Shown: positions 36,974 to 46,872, numbered from the stretch's first letter. The stretch: DNA of 64,000 nucleotides from Thermodesulfobacteriota bacterium (GCA_965216785.1 OZ244197.1:2688001-2752000); one strand, 5' to 3'. Translations and numbers: made by a program. The notes: generated by a model from the sequence alone, not told the origin.

Positions 36974-38526
36974 CTCAGAGCCTCCGCATTCAAAATTGGG
37001 AGCTTAATCAGCACAGTAGTACCGCTATCGACTTTACTGCTTATACTGATTTCTCCCCCGTGATCTATAATAATCCTTTTAGCCACCGAGAGACCAAGAC
37101 CGGTCCCCTTACCGGCAGGCTTTGTAGTATAAAAAGGTTCAAACACATGTGGTATCGTTTCCTGAGCAATTCCATGGCCCTTATCGCTAATCTTAACCTC
37201 AGCAGTATCATTATCAGAGCCGCTGAAAGCGGTGACAGATATGACCCCGCCCCCTGGCATGGCGTCAACCGCATTCATCAGAGTGTCCGAGAAAACAAGG
37301 TGCATAAGATTACTGTCCGCAAGCACACTCAGGTCCTCCGGAGTATTAAGCTCGACTGAAATCTTATTCTTTTTAAGAAGGGGCCTGATTATCTCAACAG
37401 ATTCGCTTAGTAGCTCAGATAAACTCTCAGGGCGTTTTTCACTCCCAGGCTTACTGACAAATTTAAGAAGCCTCTGTATTACTTTCTGTCCATATAAAAT
37501 CTGCTTTTCAATCGAATCAAGCTTCTTACCTACGTTTTCACAGTCCGGTATATCCGGCACATCTTCCTTTAACATCTGAACTCTGAGCAGCATTGACGCA
37601 AGCGGGGTCCCCATGTGGTGGGCAAATCCCTCTGACATTTTTCCGATAATCTGAGATTTCTCAAGATCGATTATCCTTTGCCTAATCAAAAGTCTTTCAC
37701 TAATATCCCTTATTGTTATTATAAATTTGCCGTGATCACTACTTGTGTAAACAAGGCTGGCGCTGACAGATATTCTCTTTCCCCCGCTCCCGATTATCTC
37801 TGTTTCGATGTCCGTTATCTTATCTCCTTCCCTAGCCCTGCCAAGTGTTTTTGAAAAACCGTCTCTGTTCTCAGGTGTGATAATGTCCCATATTTCTCGT
37901 ATTTCTCTCCCCCCAGCGCATAAGAGCTTATTCGCCCTTTTATTACAAGTCTCAATCGTTCCTTCATTATCAAATACGATTATCGCGTCTGCCGTATTGT
38001 CCATTATCTCATGGAGCCTTTCTTCCCTTTCCACAAGGAGTTCTTCTGTGCGCTTGCGTTCTGTAATATCGATGACCGTGCCAATAACGACTATTCCCCG
38101 TTCGGTCATTAAGGGGTTGAGACCAATTTCAACCGGTATTTCCGTACCGTCTTTATGCCTTGCGAAAAGATCTCGTCCCCGGCCCATCATTTTCGCTTCA
38201 GGGTCCTTAATATAGTTTTTGTGATATGTAGCGTGGCTCTTGGAGAACCTCTCAGGCACCAGCTTCTCCACGGGCTGTCCCAAAAGCTCGGTTCGGTCGT
38301 AACCGAACATTTTCTCCATCTGCGGGTTAATGTACAGGATATTTCCTTTCTGATCGGTCATCAACATACCGTTTGGCGCCGATTCAACAATCATGCGTAG
38401 TATGTCCTCAGAGACATACCCGCTTTCTTTTTTTTGGTTCCGCGATCCTTTCAATGCGCCCGTGCTTTTACTCATTTTTTCTCCGAGCTTTTTCTCAACC
38501 TTATTAATATCTTTACCGCGTTTCAT
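36970..38526 (-). CDS. Cytoplasmic PAS-PAS sensor histidine kinase (FixL-like first PAS)
   Basis: FGY...ELLGQ.V..LVPE...H..Y...Y and MG.GRDL.ARHKDG..IPVEI; H-box AHHMGTPL; DKGHGI and TTK..GKGTGLGL; no TM. Confidence 0.9.
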   Translation of the reverse strand: MKRGKDINKVEKKLGEKMSKSTGALKGSRNQKKESGYVSEDILRMIVESAPNGMLMTDQKGNILYINPQMEKMFGYDRTELLGQPVEKLVPERFSKSHATYHKNYIKDPEAKMMGRGRDLFARHKDGTEIPVEIGLNPLMTERGIVVIGTVIDITERKRTEELLVEREERLHEIMDNTADAIIVFDNEGTIETCNKRANKLLCAGGREIREIWDIITPENRDGFSKTLGRAREGDKITDIETEIIGSGGKRISVSASLVYTSSDHGKFIITIRDISERLLIRQRIIDLEKSQIIGKMSEGFAHHMGTPLASMLLRVQMLKEDVPDIPDCENVGKKLDSIEKQILYGQKVIQRLLKFVSKPGSEKRPESLSELLSESVEIIRPLLKKNKISVELNTPEDLSVLADSNLMHLVFSDTLMNAVDAMPGGGVISVTAFSGSDNDTAEVKISDKGHGIAQETIPHVFEPFYTTKPAGKGTGLGLSVAKRIIIDHGGEISISSKVDSGTTVLIKLPILNAEALS

Positions 38527-38611
38527 ATTACTTCTTTATTCCATACCAATAGATACATTAATGAGATTATCACCTTCCCTCTTTGCTTACAATTCAGGCG
38601 TCTAACTATCA

Positions 38612-39199
38612 CTACTTCGAAAACATAGTGTAATAAAACTCAAACCTCCTGTCCCAATTCTCAAGATTATATGAGGCAATGATCAAGTCCTTAGTGACCC
38701 CTTCCTTTTCGTCTTCTATATACGAGTTTAGTACCGTTTCCGGCTCAAACCCGTAATGGCTTAGAATTTTTGAAAAACTCGGGTTACCCATAACGTACCT
38801 TACAATTATTTTTCTGAAATTCTTGCTTATCCCTTCATTCAGAAGCAGATGGAACATCTGTGAGCCCAAGCCGAGTCCCCTATAATCCGGGTGCACAAGA
38901 AGCTTTATCTCCGCAGCGTTCGACCAATATAGTCCCTCGTTATGAAGCGTTCCCTTAGCGACTATCTCAGAGTCTTTAACACAAACCAGCTGGACTAACT
39001 TGTTGTAGCTAGGGCTTGTAAACCAGCTCTCTACAGATTCCCGCGTCGATACGTCGTCCTTATACATCAGCATATCGTAACGGGGAATTTTCAAAAAGAA
39101 TCCGTAAAGAGCCTCTGTATCCTGCGGTTCAAGCAGCCTAGCGGTTATAGTTGTACCGTCCTTAAGCTTAAGTTCTTTGGGATACTCGGCCATATCCAA
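38612..39199 (-). CDS. GNAT-family N-acetyltransferase
   Basis: LKDGT....R and VHPDYRGLGLGS acetyl-CoA motif. Start may be ATG 39193. Confidence 0.85.
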   Translation of the reverse strand: MDMAEYPKELKLKDGTTITARLLEPQDTEALYGFFLKIPRYDMLMYKDDVSTRESVESWFTSPSYNKLVQLVCVKDSEIVAKGTLHNEGLYWSNAAEIKLLVHPDYRGLGLGSQMFHLLLNEGISKNFRKIIVRYVMGNPSFSKILSHYGFEPETVLNSYIEDEKEGVTKDLIIASYNLENWDRRFEFYYTMFSK

Positions 39200-39208
39200 A
39201 AATAAATT

Positions 39209-39223
39209 GCAATATATGTACCA
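39209..39223 (-). promoter_or_regulatory. sigma54 promoter of the GNAT-kinase-regulator operon
   Basis: Minus strand TGGTACATATATTGC. Candidate enhancer TGTCAGATATTCGTGCA at 39352-39368. Confidence 0.6.
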
Positions 39224-39483
39224 TATGTATATTTCTCTGACATATTATATATCCACCTCCGAAACCGGCATAACACATACGAATCATTAAATATAATCAA
39301 CAGAACAGGAATTATTGCTCAGAGATACTAATATACTTGAGAATCAATATGTGCACGAATATCTGACACCTTACAAAATTTTCAACCTGCAATTTTATAT
39401 TCATCTATCTTCATAAAAATACCACTTGCTATCACACATCCCTGTAATGTATCTTTGGACTATTCAATTAAGATGGTGTTAGG

Positions 39484-39888
39484 ATGAAAATCGTAGTGAG
39501 CAAAATAATTGTAGTGATCATAATAGCGCTGGGGGCAATCGGCGGTTGCGGAAGTGACTGCGGATTTAACCTGAGCGCAATCCTAAACGGCCCGAGTCCA
39601 AGTCAGGAACTGTCTCAGTGGAACTGCGTAGGCTCGAGAGACGGGCAGTCTGTTCCCGAATTCGTCATACAATTTTTCGGTGACGGCACCGGGTTTAATG
39701 ACGCTACAGGTCCGTTTATTTATAACCGTACGGGGTGCAGAAGCTTAAGCTACGAATCGGACACAGATGAAGCTATCATCACGAACCTTCAGGGCTCTAT
39801 CCCATCCGGCATACTTATCTTCGATCAATCCTCCACAGTAGCGGAGCAGGACGGTATACAGGGAGCATGTACTCCTGAGTTCTTCTAG
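39484..39888 (+). CDS. Hypothetical lipoprotein
   Basis: Hydrophobic N-terminus ending IGGC, with four further Cys. Confidence 0.65.
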   Translation: MKIVVSKIIVVIIIALGAIGGCGSDCGFNLSAILNGPSPSQELSQWNCVGSRDGQSVPEFVIQFFGDGTGFNDATGPFIYNRTGCRSLSYESDTDEAIITNLQGSIPSGILIFDQSSTVAEQDGIQGACTPEFF

Positions 39889-39938
39889 CTTTACCATATT
39901 TAGAACGGCTTTCCATACCCGGCCTTAAACCAATTTGG

Positions 39939-42257
39939 CTATTGCTGGCCGCTAGGTATTGTCCATTGCTTCAAACTGTTCCAGATAGAATCTGTAATAT
40001 CCTCGGGATAAAATCCTAAACATTTTTTGTATAATGATGGTGTATCAAATAAAGAGTATGTGTTCTTAGCGCACGTTAGGCCGTAAAAACCGCTCGGCTT
40101 CTGATTATAGAGCACAGTCCCGATTAATTTACGGTCCGGGTTTTGGCTTGCGTTGTACCCGCTGGTTATCGCTGAAAGGCTCGCGTTAAAATACTCTAGC
40201 TGCGTTGCGCCGTTGGAGTTATTGTAGCGCTGACATTGTGACAGATAATAATTCACCGGGTCCTGCCCGCCCGGCGGAGCTGTAAGGAACTGCTTCAGTA
40301 TAGTTACGGGCAGGCTGCTCATGCTGCAGCTCACAGGTTTTTCACTTAGCCCCGGGTCAATCCCTTTCGGGAAATTCGTATTATAGACATTTAAATGCTC
40401 CCAAAGGGTAGTAGTAGCCGCAGCGGGTGTTACGAATAAAACAGGTATATCTTTTCCGAATCCTCCGAAATAAGCCTGAACCGCATGATCCGACGTGTAA
40501 GTTTGATAGGCACTTACAGTAAGCGGCTCATACGGTGTCGATGGGTTCAGCCCGTAATCATATAAGGCAGTCAGTGCGATAATATTATTATATTTTGCGC
40601 TGATCGGGCTAAGCTGCTGGAGCTTCGGATCAAAGATTGCGACATATTTACCCTTGGCCGAAAGCTGCTTCGCAAGCTCCCCGATAAACACTGTTGTTGC
40701 GTTTTCAGACAATGTCGGGCTTTCCAAATCAAACGCGACGCCTCCTGCATTGGGGTCGTTGTTGATCGTATCCGCAATATCGTCTGCAAGCTTCATTAAT
40801 GTATCTGAGCTCGCGCTGTTTATTTCCCCGGCATCTCCGTTTATCATCGGCAACACAATCACGTTCAGACCGTTTGCGGCTTGATTTTTATAAACGCTTG
40901 TTACACTTGTTCCGGGCAAGCAACTCCCAAGCTCAGGCATGCTCAGTACTGACTCTTTAATAAGAGGAAGTGATAAATAATTCAGCACATAATCAAGCGG
41001 CGAGCTTCCGTCGCACTCTGTGTGAGCGGGGCTCAGGCTGCCGGAAGGAAGATTAGTTATGCTCGCAAAATCGGCAATTACATAGAAATTCTCTCCGCTA
41101 CCACCGTAGTTCGATGCCAGTGTCTGAAGCAGTGCCGAAGAGCACGAAGCACCTCCGCTCGCGCAGGTGATGTCCTGCGCAACATCGTCAACAATAACGC
41201 CGTTTCCAAGTGGTATCGCGTTTGTCACGTTCGCCGCAAGGAATGAGGTAACGTCCTGAGCGCTTGCGTCAAGAGTCCCCGTGTCGTGCTGTCCGCCCTG
41301 GGTAATAGATACTTCATGCGGCACGCCCGCGCTGCTTAAAGCGTTTTGCATATCGAGCGTTTGCTGCCAGGGTACGACACAGTCAGACGTCCCGCTCGCG
41401 AGATACATAGGCGGGTCAGCGGCGTCTATGTGCGAGAGAGGGCTTGCATCCGCAAGCTCCATCTGATTACACCCCGATATAGGGTCCTCTGATAATTCTC
41501 CCCCCGGCATAGGGCAGTCCAGTAGGGACAATACGGGCGTAGGGTCATACCCTGTCCCGCAGTTCCCGGAGACCGAAATCTCATCCCCGTGCGCCGCTAT
41601 TTTGTTTAAGTTATAAGGACCGTAAAAAAGTACCGCCCCCGCGACAGAGCTCGAAACACCCGGGTTTGCACCACCTTCAAGCCCCTCCACTCCGCTTGAC
41701 GCTGCGATCATAGCCGCAAGGTGCGCTCCCGCCGATTCCCCGCCGACAATTATCAGATCGGGGTCTATACCAAGCTCCTCGGCGTTTATTTTAAGCCATC
41801 TAATGGCTGATTTAACTTCATGAATTATCCCCGGCCACGGCTCTGCATCCATACCGGAAAGCCTGTATCCGACAGATACGAGATGAAAACCCGCCTCCTC
41901 GGCAATGTCAAAAGCGATCGGCGCTATATCCTCTTTTTGCCCCGCGACCCATCCGCCTCCGTGAAACCAAACAAGAACCGGTCTTGGGGACGTTTCAGTT
42001 TCTCTGGAAATCCTTGAGGTACTCACGGGCTCGAGTCCTTCAAATTTATAGAAATCGAGCATCTGCCGCGCTGTACCGCCGACTACGTAAGAATAAGTCT
42101 TAGGCATCTCTGATAGAGTCCCGCCTGTCCCAGTAAGTCCTCCGCCCGTATTATTATTGCCTGAATGCTCTGAATCACAGCCGATTGTCGAGGCCGCGAC
42201 GAAAATACTTAAAACCAGCAATATGAGTAAAGTGTTGGATGCACTAGTCTGTCTAAT
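39939..42257 (-). CDS. Lipoprotein: HSL-family alpha/beta hydrolase fused to a GH18-like domain
   Basis: Lipobox TIGC; HGGGW, GESAG, GTSDCVVP and GGQH (esterase); GGVAFDLE and LYDYG in the C-terminal half. Start is TTG 42221 or ATT 42257. Confidence 0.7.
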   Translation of the reverse strand: MRQTSASNTLLILLVLSIFVAASTIGCDSEHSGNNNTGGGLTGTGGTLSEMPKTYSYVVGGTARQMLDFYKFEGLEPVSTSRISRETETSPRPVLVWFHGGGWVAGQKEDIAPIAFDIAEEAGFHLVSVGYRLSGMDAEPWPGIIHEVKSAIRWLKINAEELGIDPDLIIVGGESAGAHLAAMIAASSGVEGLEGGANPGVSSSVAGAVLFYGPYNLNKIAAHGDEISVSGNCGTGYDPTPVLSLLDCPMPGGELSEDPISGCNQMELADASPLSHIDAADPPMYLASGTSDCVVPWQQTLDMQNALSSAGVPHEVSITQGGQHDTGTLDASAQDVTSFLAANVTNAIPLGNGVIVDDVAQDITCASGGASCSSALLQTLASNYGGSGENFYVIADFASITNLPSGSLSPAHTECDGSSPLDYVLNYLSLPLIKESVLSMPELGSCLPGTSVTSVYKNQAANGLNVIVLPMINGDAGEINSASSDTLMKLADDIADTINNDPNAGGVAFDLESPTLSENATTVFIGELAKQLSAKGKYVAIFDPKLQQLSPISAKYNNIIALTALYDYGLNPSTPYEPLTVSAYQTYTSDHAVQAYFGGFGKDIPVLFVTPAAATTTLWEHLNVYNTNFPKGIDPGLSEKPVSCSMSSLPVTILKQFLTAPPGGQDPVNYYLSQCQRYNNSNGATQLEYFNASLSAITSGYNASQNPDRKLIGTVLYNQKPSGFYGLTCAKNTYSLFDTPSLYKKCLGFYPEDITDSIWNSLKQWTIPSGQQ

Positions 42258-42415
42258 TGTTTTATCCTCCTTCAGGCTCTAATTTTAGAGCCGTTAAATT
42301 AATTATACGGCTAACTTTCTAGGAGGGATATAGAAAATATTATTGCCTTCTGTTATTATGAGAGCGCCGGGATCTCTGAATAAAGTCTTTACGATTCACT
42401 CGGGAAATTAATAAG

Positions 42416-42745
42416 ATGGCATACGACGAAAAACTGGCGGAGAGGTTAAGCAAAGCGTTCAGGAGACGCAAGGGAGCTGCCGAAAAAAAGATGTTTGGCG
42501 GTATCGCCTACATGGTAGACGGCCACATGTGCTGCGGGGTTATAAAAGACATGCTCGTAGTGCGGGTCGGCCCCGACGCCTATGAAAAAGCGCTTGAAGT
42601 AAAGCATACAAGACCCATGGACTTTACCGGCAGGCCCATGAAAGGATACGTTTACGTCGAGGCTAAAGGCATAAAGTCCGATGAGAATTTAAAATCCTGG
42701 ATAGAGCGCGGGATAAAATTCGTAAATACACTACCGCCGAAATAA
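42416..42745 (+). CDS. TfoX/Sxy N-terminal domain protein
   Basis: MAYDE.LA.R, EKKMFGG, MDFTGRPMKG and LPPK motifs. Confidence 0.9.
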   Translation: MAYDEKLAERLSKAFRRRKGAAEKKMFGGIAYMVDGHMCCGVIKDMLVVRVGPDAYEKALEVKHTRPMDFTGRPMKGYVYVEAKGIKSDENLKSWIERGIKFVNTLPPK

Positions 42746-42747
42746 GA

Positions 42748-43251
42748 CTACTCGGCTTTAAGCACTACAACCGGAATTTCCCTCTCTCCGGCTCTCCCTT
42801 TATAAGTGTCGTAACCCGTATAAAGCTCAACCGCTTTGGCCCACAGCCTATCCCGCTCTTCCCCTTTGGCTTCGTGAGCTGTATAGGTAACAGACTTGCC
42901 GTCGAGCAGCACCTCAACCTCTGGGTTAGCGGTCAGGTTCAGATACCATGCCGGGTGTTTTGCGTTTCCGCCTTTAGAGGCGATCAGTATTATGTCATCC
43001 CCGTCCTGGTAATAGAGAAGAGAGACTGTGCGGGGCTTTCCTGTTTTAGCACCTTTTGTGGTTAACAGCAGGCACGGCCAGGCGAGCGTTGAGTTGTATT
43101 TTCCTCCTGTCGCCTTTATTAGCCAGAGGTCAATTTTTGTACCCAGATTGATAATCGTCCAGGCGCCGGCCCTGCTAGAGCCAAACCACGTCAGGAACCG
43201 CACCAACAAACTGTCTTGATCCACTTTTCCGCTCACCGGATGCCACCTCAT
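42748..43251 (-). CDS. Deazaflavin-dependent nitroreductase (Ddn/FDOR-A) family protein
   Basis: LLLTTKGAKTG..R, IASKGG..KHPAWYLNL.ANP and Y..Y.....REIPVV motifs. Confidence 0.88.
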   Translation of the reverse strand: MRWHPVSGKVDQDSLLVRFLTWFGSSRAGAWTIINLGTKIDLWLIKATGGKYNSTLAWPCLLLTTKGAKTGKPRTVSLLYYQDGDDIILIASKGGNAKHPAWYLNLTANPEVEVLLDGKSVTYTAHEAKGEERDRLWAKAVELYTGYDTYKGRAGEREIPVVVLKAE

Positions 43252-43375
43252 AGTTTTAATTGATACTACATCAAAAAACCGATAATTTATATTGCTGTTC
43301 AGAGTGAACAGACCAGAAATAATATTAAGCCCCGGACTGTTTGATGCGCACTATCTATTCTCATTAAGATAAATT

Positions 43376-43906
43376 ATGAATACTCACATAGCTACATACA
43401 TGCGAAGCAGATTTACATTAACACTCATTTTGGCCCTTATCGTCTCGCTCAGCGCGTCATGCGCCAACATGGGCAGATGGACACAGACCATTGATCCCGA
43501 AGAGGTAAGTAAGGAAGACCTAAAGGACATCCCTTACGAGGTTACGCCAGAATATAAGTTCAAGGTCAGCGTCGCCAAAAATGTTCCTTCGAACAAAAAG
43601 AATATTCTTTTAAATATCGACAAGCAGTTCACGCAATTCAGCCGCTGTTACGACTTAAAAGACAACGGTAAAGAGGCAAGGAAATATCTCATAGCCGTAG
43701 TAGACGGCACTTTCGAGTGCAGGTTCCACGGCGGGAAGTGTAACGGCGAGTTTGACCCTGAGGCCGGGCTAATTATCGCGAGCTTTAAGGCTTTTAACAG
43801 AAAAGGCACCCTACCGCTCCTAAAGCACGAGTGGGCTCATGCATACGGGATCCTAAGCTCAGACCATAAGAACCTAAAATCGGTTCAAAAATGTACCAGG
43901 TACTGA
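43376..43906 (+). CDS. Hypothetical lipoprotein with HEXXH motif
   Basis: Lipobox SASC; LLKHEWAH near the C-terminus. Confidence 0.65.
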   Translation: MNTHIATYMRSRFTLTLILALIVSLSASCANMGRWTQTIDPEEVSKEDLKDIPYEVTPEYKFKVSVAKNVPSNKKNILLNIDKQFTQFSRCYDLKDNGKEARKYLIAVVDGTFECRFHGGKCNGEFDPEAGLIIASFKAFNRKGTLPLLKHEWAHAYGILSSDHKNLKSVQKCTRY

Positions 43907-43935
43907 TCTCCCCTCATCCCGATTCCACAAAGACT

Positions 43936-44604
43936 CTATTGTTCTTTATAGCTCGAATAATCTGGCGTTCTATAGCGGTCGTCGTAATTGGTGGGCTTAC
44001 TATAATCCCCGTCAAGAAACATCTGCTTGGCCGGATCTTGTGCTTTATCCCCTCTTTTCTGGTCAAGCTCTTTTTCAAACTTTGCCTGGTTGATCGGCTG
44101 ATAAGTATAGTTGACCTTGACTACATTGTTTTTGGTATTTGTGTGCAGCACGAGCTTTACCTTCGGCAAGTGCCAGGTCCAGGTTTTAAAGTACATCATC
44201 TCATCCGTCTCAGACGGAGCGCCGTAGCGGTCATTAAAATACTCCGAGAATGCCTCTTCGATCCACTCTTCAGTCGGAGAGTCTTCCGCGTTAAATACGA
44301 GCGATGAAGAAAGGAGTTTTTTCTTGTAAAACTCTAGACCTGTATTCACATCGAGACCATTTGGGTTTACAGGAAGGTCAACTATAACTCCCTGCATTAT
44401 TATCGTTCTAATTTTTTTCGAATCGACCTTGTCTTCTATTATCCTTTTGCCCTTTGCGTTTATAACCTTTTTGGCATCTTTATTAGAAATTCCGAACTGA
44501 AAACCAAGCGGCGCGAGATCAGCCGTCTCTTCCTGTGCCTCGGCAAAAGACACCGAAACCATAAGTATTAAGATTATCGCTACAGTTTTTTTCAATATAT
44601 TCAT
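43936..44604 (-). CDS. Hypothetical exported protein
   Basis: Signal peptide ending AEA-Q; PLGFQFG..S and RYGAP motifs. Confidence 0.65.
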   Translation of the reverse strand: MNILKKTVAIILILMVSVSFAEAQEETADLAPLGFQFGISNKDAKKVINAKGKRIIEDKVDSKKIRTIIMQGVIVDLPVNPNGLDVNTGLEFYKKKLLSSSLVFNAEDSPTEEWIEEAFSEYFNDRYGAPSETDEMMYFKTWTWHLPKVKLVLHTNTKNNVVKVNYTYQPINQAKFEKELDQKRGDKAQDPAKQMFLDGDYSKPTNYDDRYRTPDYSSYKEQ

Positions 44605-44704
44605 ATTTAAATCCCCCCATGATATTTATTTCACTCAGCCGTTTACCGACATCTAATCAATAACAGTATAAAAATGTATTAAAAACGCAGGATAAATCAA
44701 GTGC

Positions 44705-46291
44705 CTATTTAAGCCAGAGCCGCTCGAACACATAACTCATCACTATAATCGCTATAAAGTAGATCACTAAGAACACATAGCGGCCCGTCCATTTTATCTT
44801 AGGCTTTAGTTCGTCCTTCTTGTAAGTTTCAACCATGCCTCTTTGCGGGAACACCAGACTCCACAAATTCCCGACAGCAATTGCGCTAAGACAGCCGGTA
44901 ACGTTCCACCAGAGCCATGAAACCCCCGGGAACCATATCCATAATATGAAATTTACACTCACTCCCGACAGCACTCCGAGCTTTACCCCCGTAGCACTTG
45001 TCCTCTTAAACAATATCCCGAGCACAAACGCGGCCAGCACGGGACCGTAGAATAAAGAGCCCACTTTGTTAATCGCCTCTATCACAGTGTCCGAAATGCT
45101 GCCCACCAAAAACGCGAAACCCGTGCATACGATACCCCAGAAGACCGTGAGTATTTTTGACCATATGAAATAATGCCTGTCCTCCGCCTCGGGTTTTATA
45201 AACCTCTTATAAATATCTGTCATCGTAGCCGCGCTGAGCGAGTTTATAGACGAGTCCAGGCTCGACATAAAAGCCGCGAGCAGAGCTACCACAATAAACC
45301 CTATTAGCCCGTGCGGAAGGTAATTTAGGACAAATATTGGCACCATGTAGTCGACCTTGTCCTTAGGAATCAAGTCCATAAACTCCTGGTTCTGAAAAGC
45401 GAAGGCGCCAATAATGAGACCCATTGAAAGATAAGACACAACGAGTATTACGCGCACAACGCCGTTAAACATAAGAGACTTCTTCGCGTCATCCTCGGAT
45501 TTTGCGGACAGCTCCCTCTGTATCTGGCTCTGGTCGCACCCATAGTAGGACACGTACAGAAAGAAGCCGCCGAACAGTAGCGCCCAAAAGCTAAAGTCCT
45601 CACCGTCCCCAAAACCGTGCTTATTAAAATTCAGTATCTTAAGACGCTCGACTTCGATGCCTGAAACCAAACCGTCCCAGCCTCCGAGCAAATCATAAGC
45701 GGTTAGGCCGACTATAAATATCCCGACAGTCAACACGCCCATCTGCACAAGATCGCTGTACACAACCGCCCTGATTCCCCCCCAAACGTCATATACTATT
45801 GTGACAGTTCCTATTATGACTATTGTCGGGAAGAGCGGCACATCAAGAATTGCCGAGAGAACTATCCCGATTGCGTATATAGCCACTCCTGTCGCAAGAG
45901 CGCGGCTAATTTGAAATATCAGGCTCACTATCGAGCGCGTGGAGGCGTCAAAACGTTTCTCCAGATATTCATATACGCTAACAACCCGGGCCCTGTGGAT
46001 GACAGGGAGGATGAAGATCATAACAAACACCATGGCAACGGGAATGGCAAATTCAAACCCTAGCCACTTGAGACCTCCCTCCGGCTTAAGGGCTACAAAG
46101 GCTGGGGCAGAGATGAAGCTGATCGCGCCCAGCTGAGTCGCCATTGTGGAAACCCCGATTACCCACCAGGGGATATTCCGGCCCCCCAGATAGTAGTCTT
46201 CCACACTATCCTGCTTCTTACTCAAGTGCCAGCTGAATATTATCAGGCACGCTCCGTAAACTACGACTACTGTCCAATCCAGATAATTCAT
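44705..46291 (-). CDS. Sodium:solute symporter family protein
   Basis: DYYLGGR, YEYLEKRF, GGIRAVVYSD, DQSQIQR and AAFMSSLDSSINSL; about 13 TM helices. Confidence 0.93.
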   Translation of the reverse strand: MNYLDWTVVVVYGACLIIFSWHLSKKQDSVEDYYLGGRNIPWWVIGVSTMATQLGAISFISAPAFVALKPEGGLKWLGFEFAIPVAMVFVMIFILPVIHRARVVSVYEYLEKRFDASTRSIVSLIFQISRALATGVAIYAIGIVLSAILDVPLFPTIVIIGTVTIVYDVWGGIRAVVYSDLVQMGVLTVGIFIVGLTAYDLLGGWDGLVSGIEVERLKILNFNKHGFGDGEDFSFWALLFGGFFLYVSYYGCDQSQIQRELSAKSEDDAKKSLMFNGVVRVILVVSYLSMGLIIGAFAFQNQEFMDLIPKDKVDYMVPIFVLNYLPHGLIGFIVVALLAAFMSSLDSSINSLSAATMTDIYKRFIKPEAEDRHYFIWSKILTVFWGIVCTGFAFLVGSISDTVIEAINKVGSLFYGPVLAAFVLGILFKRTSATGVKLGVLSGVSVNFILWIWFPGVSWLWWNVTGCLSAIAVGNLWSLVFPQRGMVETYKKDELKPKIKWTGRYVFLVIYFIAIIVMSYVFERLWLK

Positions 46292-46410
46292 AATTTTTAT
46301 AGAAAAACTTAAATAATGCTCATGTTTTGAGGCAAACGTAGCGCTTGTACTAGAGTGCGCTCTAGAATAATATATACCCCCAAGGGATAATTCAAAAAGG
46401 GATAAATAAT

Positions 46411-46872
46411 ATGAAAACCTTAATCGGAGTCATAGGCGCGGGAGATGCAAGTGAACAAGAGCGCGAAACCGCACAAAGTGTAGGAAGAGAAATCGCTAAA
46501 AGGGGCTTCACGCTCGTATGCGGGGCAATGGGCGGCGTCATGGAGGCCGCCTGCCGGGGCGCTAAAGCAGAAGGGGGGCTCACTGTCGGCATTGTCCCGG
46601 GCGAATCAAAGGGCGAATGCAACCCCTACGTAGACATCCCCGTGGTAACCGCCATGGGCCATGCCCGAAACGTAATTGTGGTTCGCTCCAGCTCTGCCGT
46701 TATTGCAATAGGCGGCAGCTTCGGTACATTATCTGAAATAGCCTTTGCACTTAGATTGGATATACCAATCATTGGAATAAATACCTGGGATGTATCAACG
46801 GAGATTAAAAAAGCTGAAACTCCCAAAGAGGCCGTGGATATGGCTATTGAGCTTATTGGTGCTAGCACTTAG
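46411..46872 (+). CDS. TIGR00725 (LOG-like Rossmann fold) protein
   Basis: GGVMEAACRGA, ARNVIVV and GG.FGTLSEIA motifs. Confidence 0.88.
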   Translation: MKTLIGVIGAGDASEQERETAQSVGREIAKRGFTLVCGAMGGVMEAACRGAKAEGGLTVGIVPGESKGECNPYVDIPVVTAMGHARNVIVVRSSSAVIAIGGSFGTLSEIAFALRLDIPIIGINTWDVSTEIKKAETPKEAVDMAIELIGAST

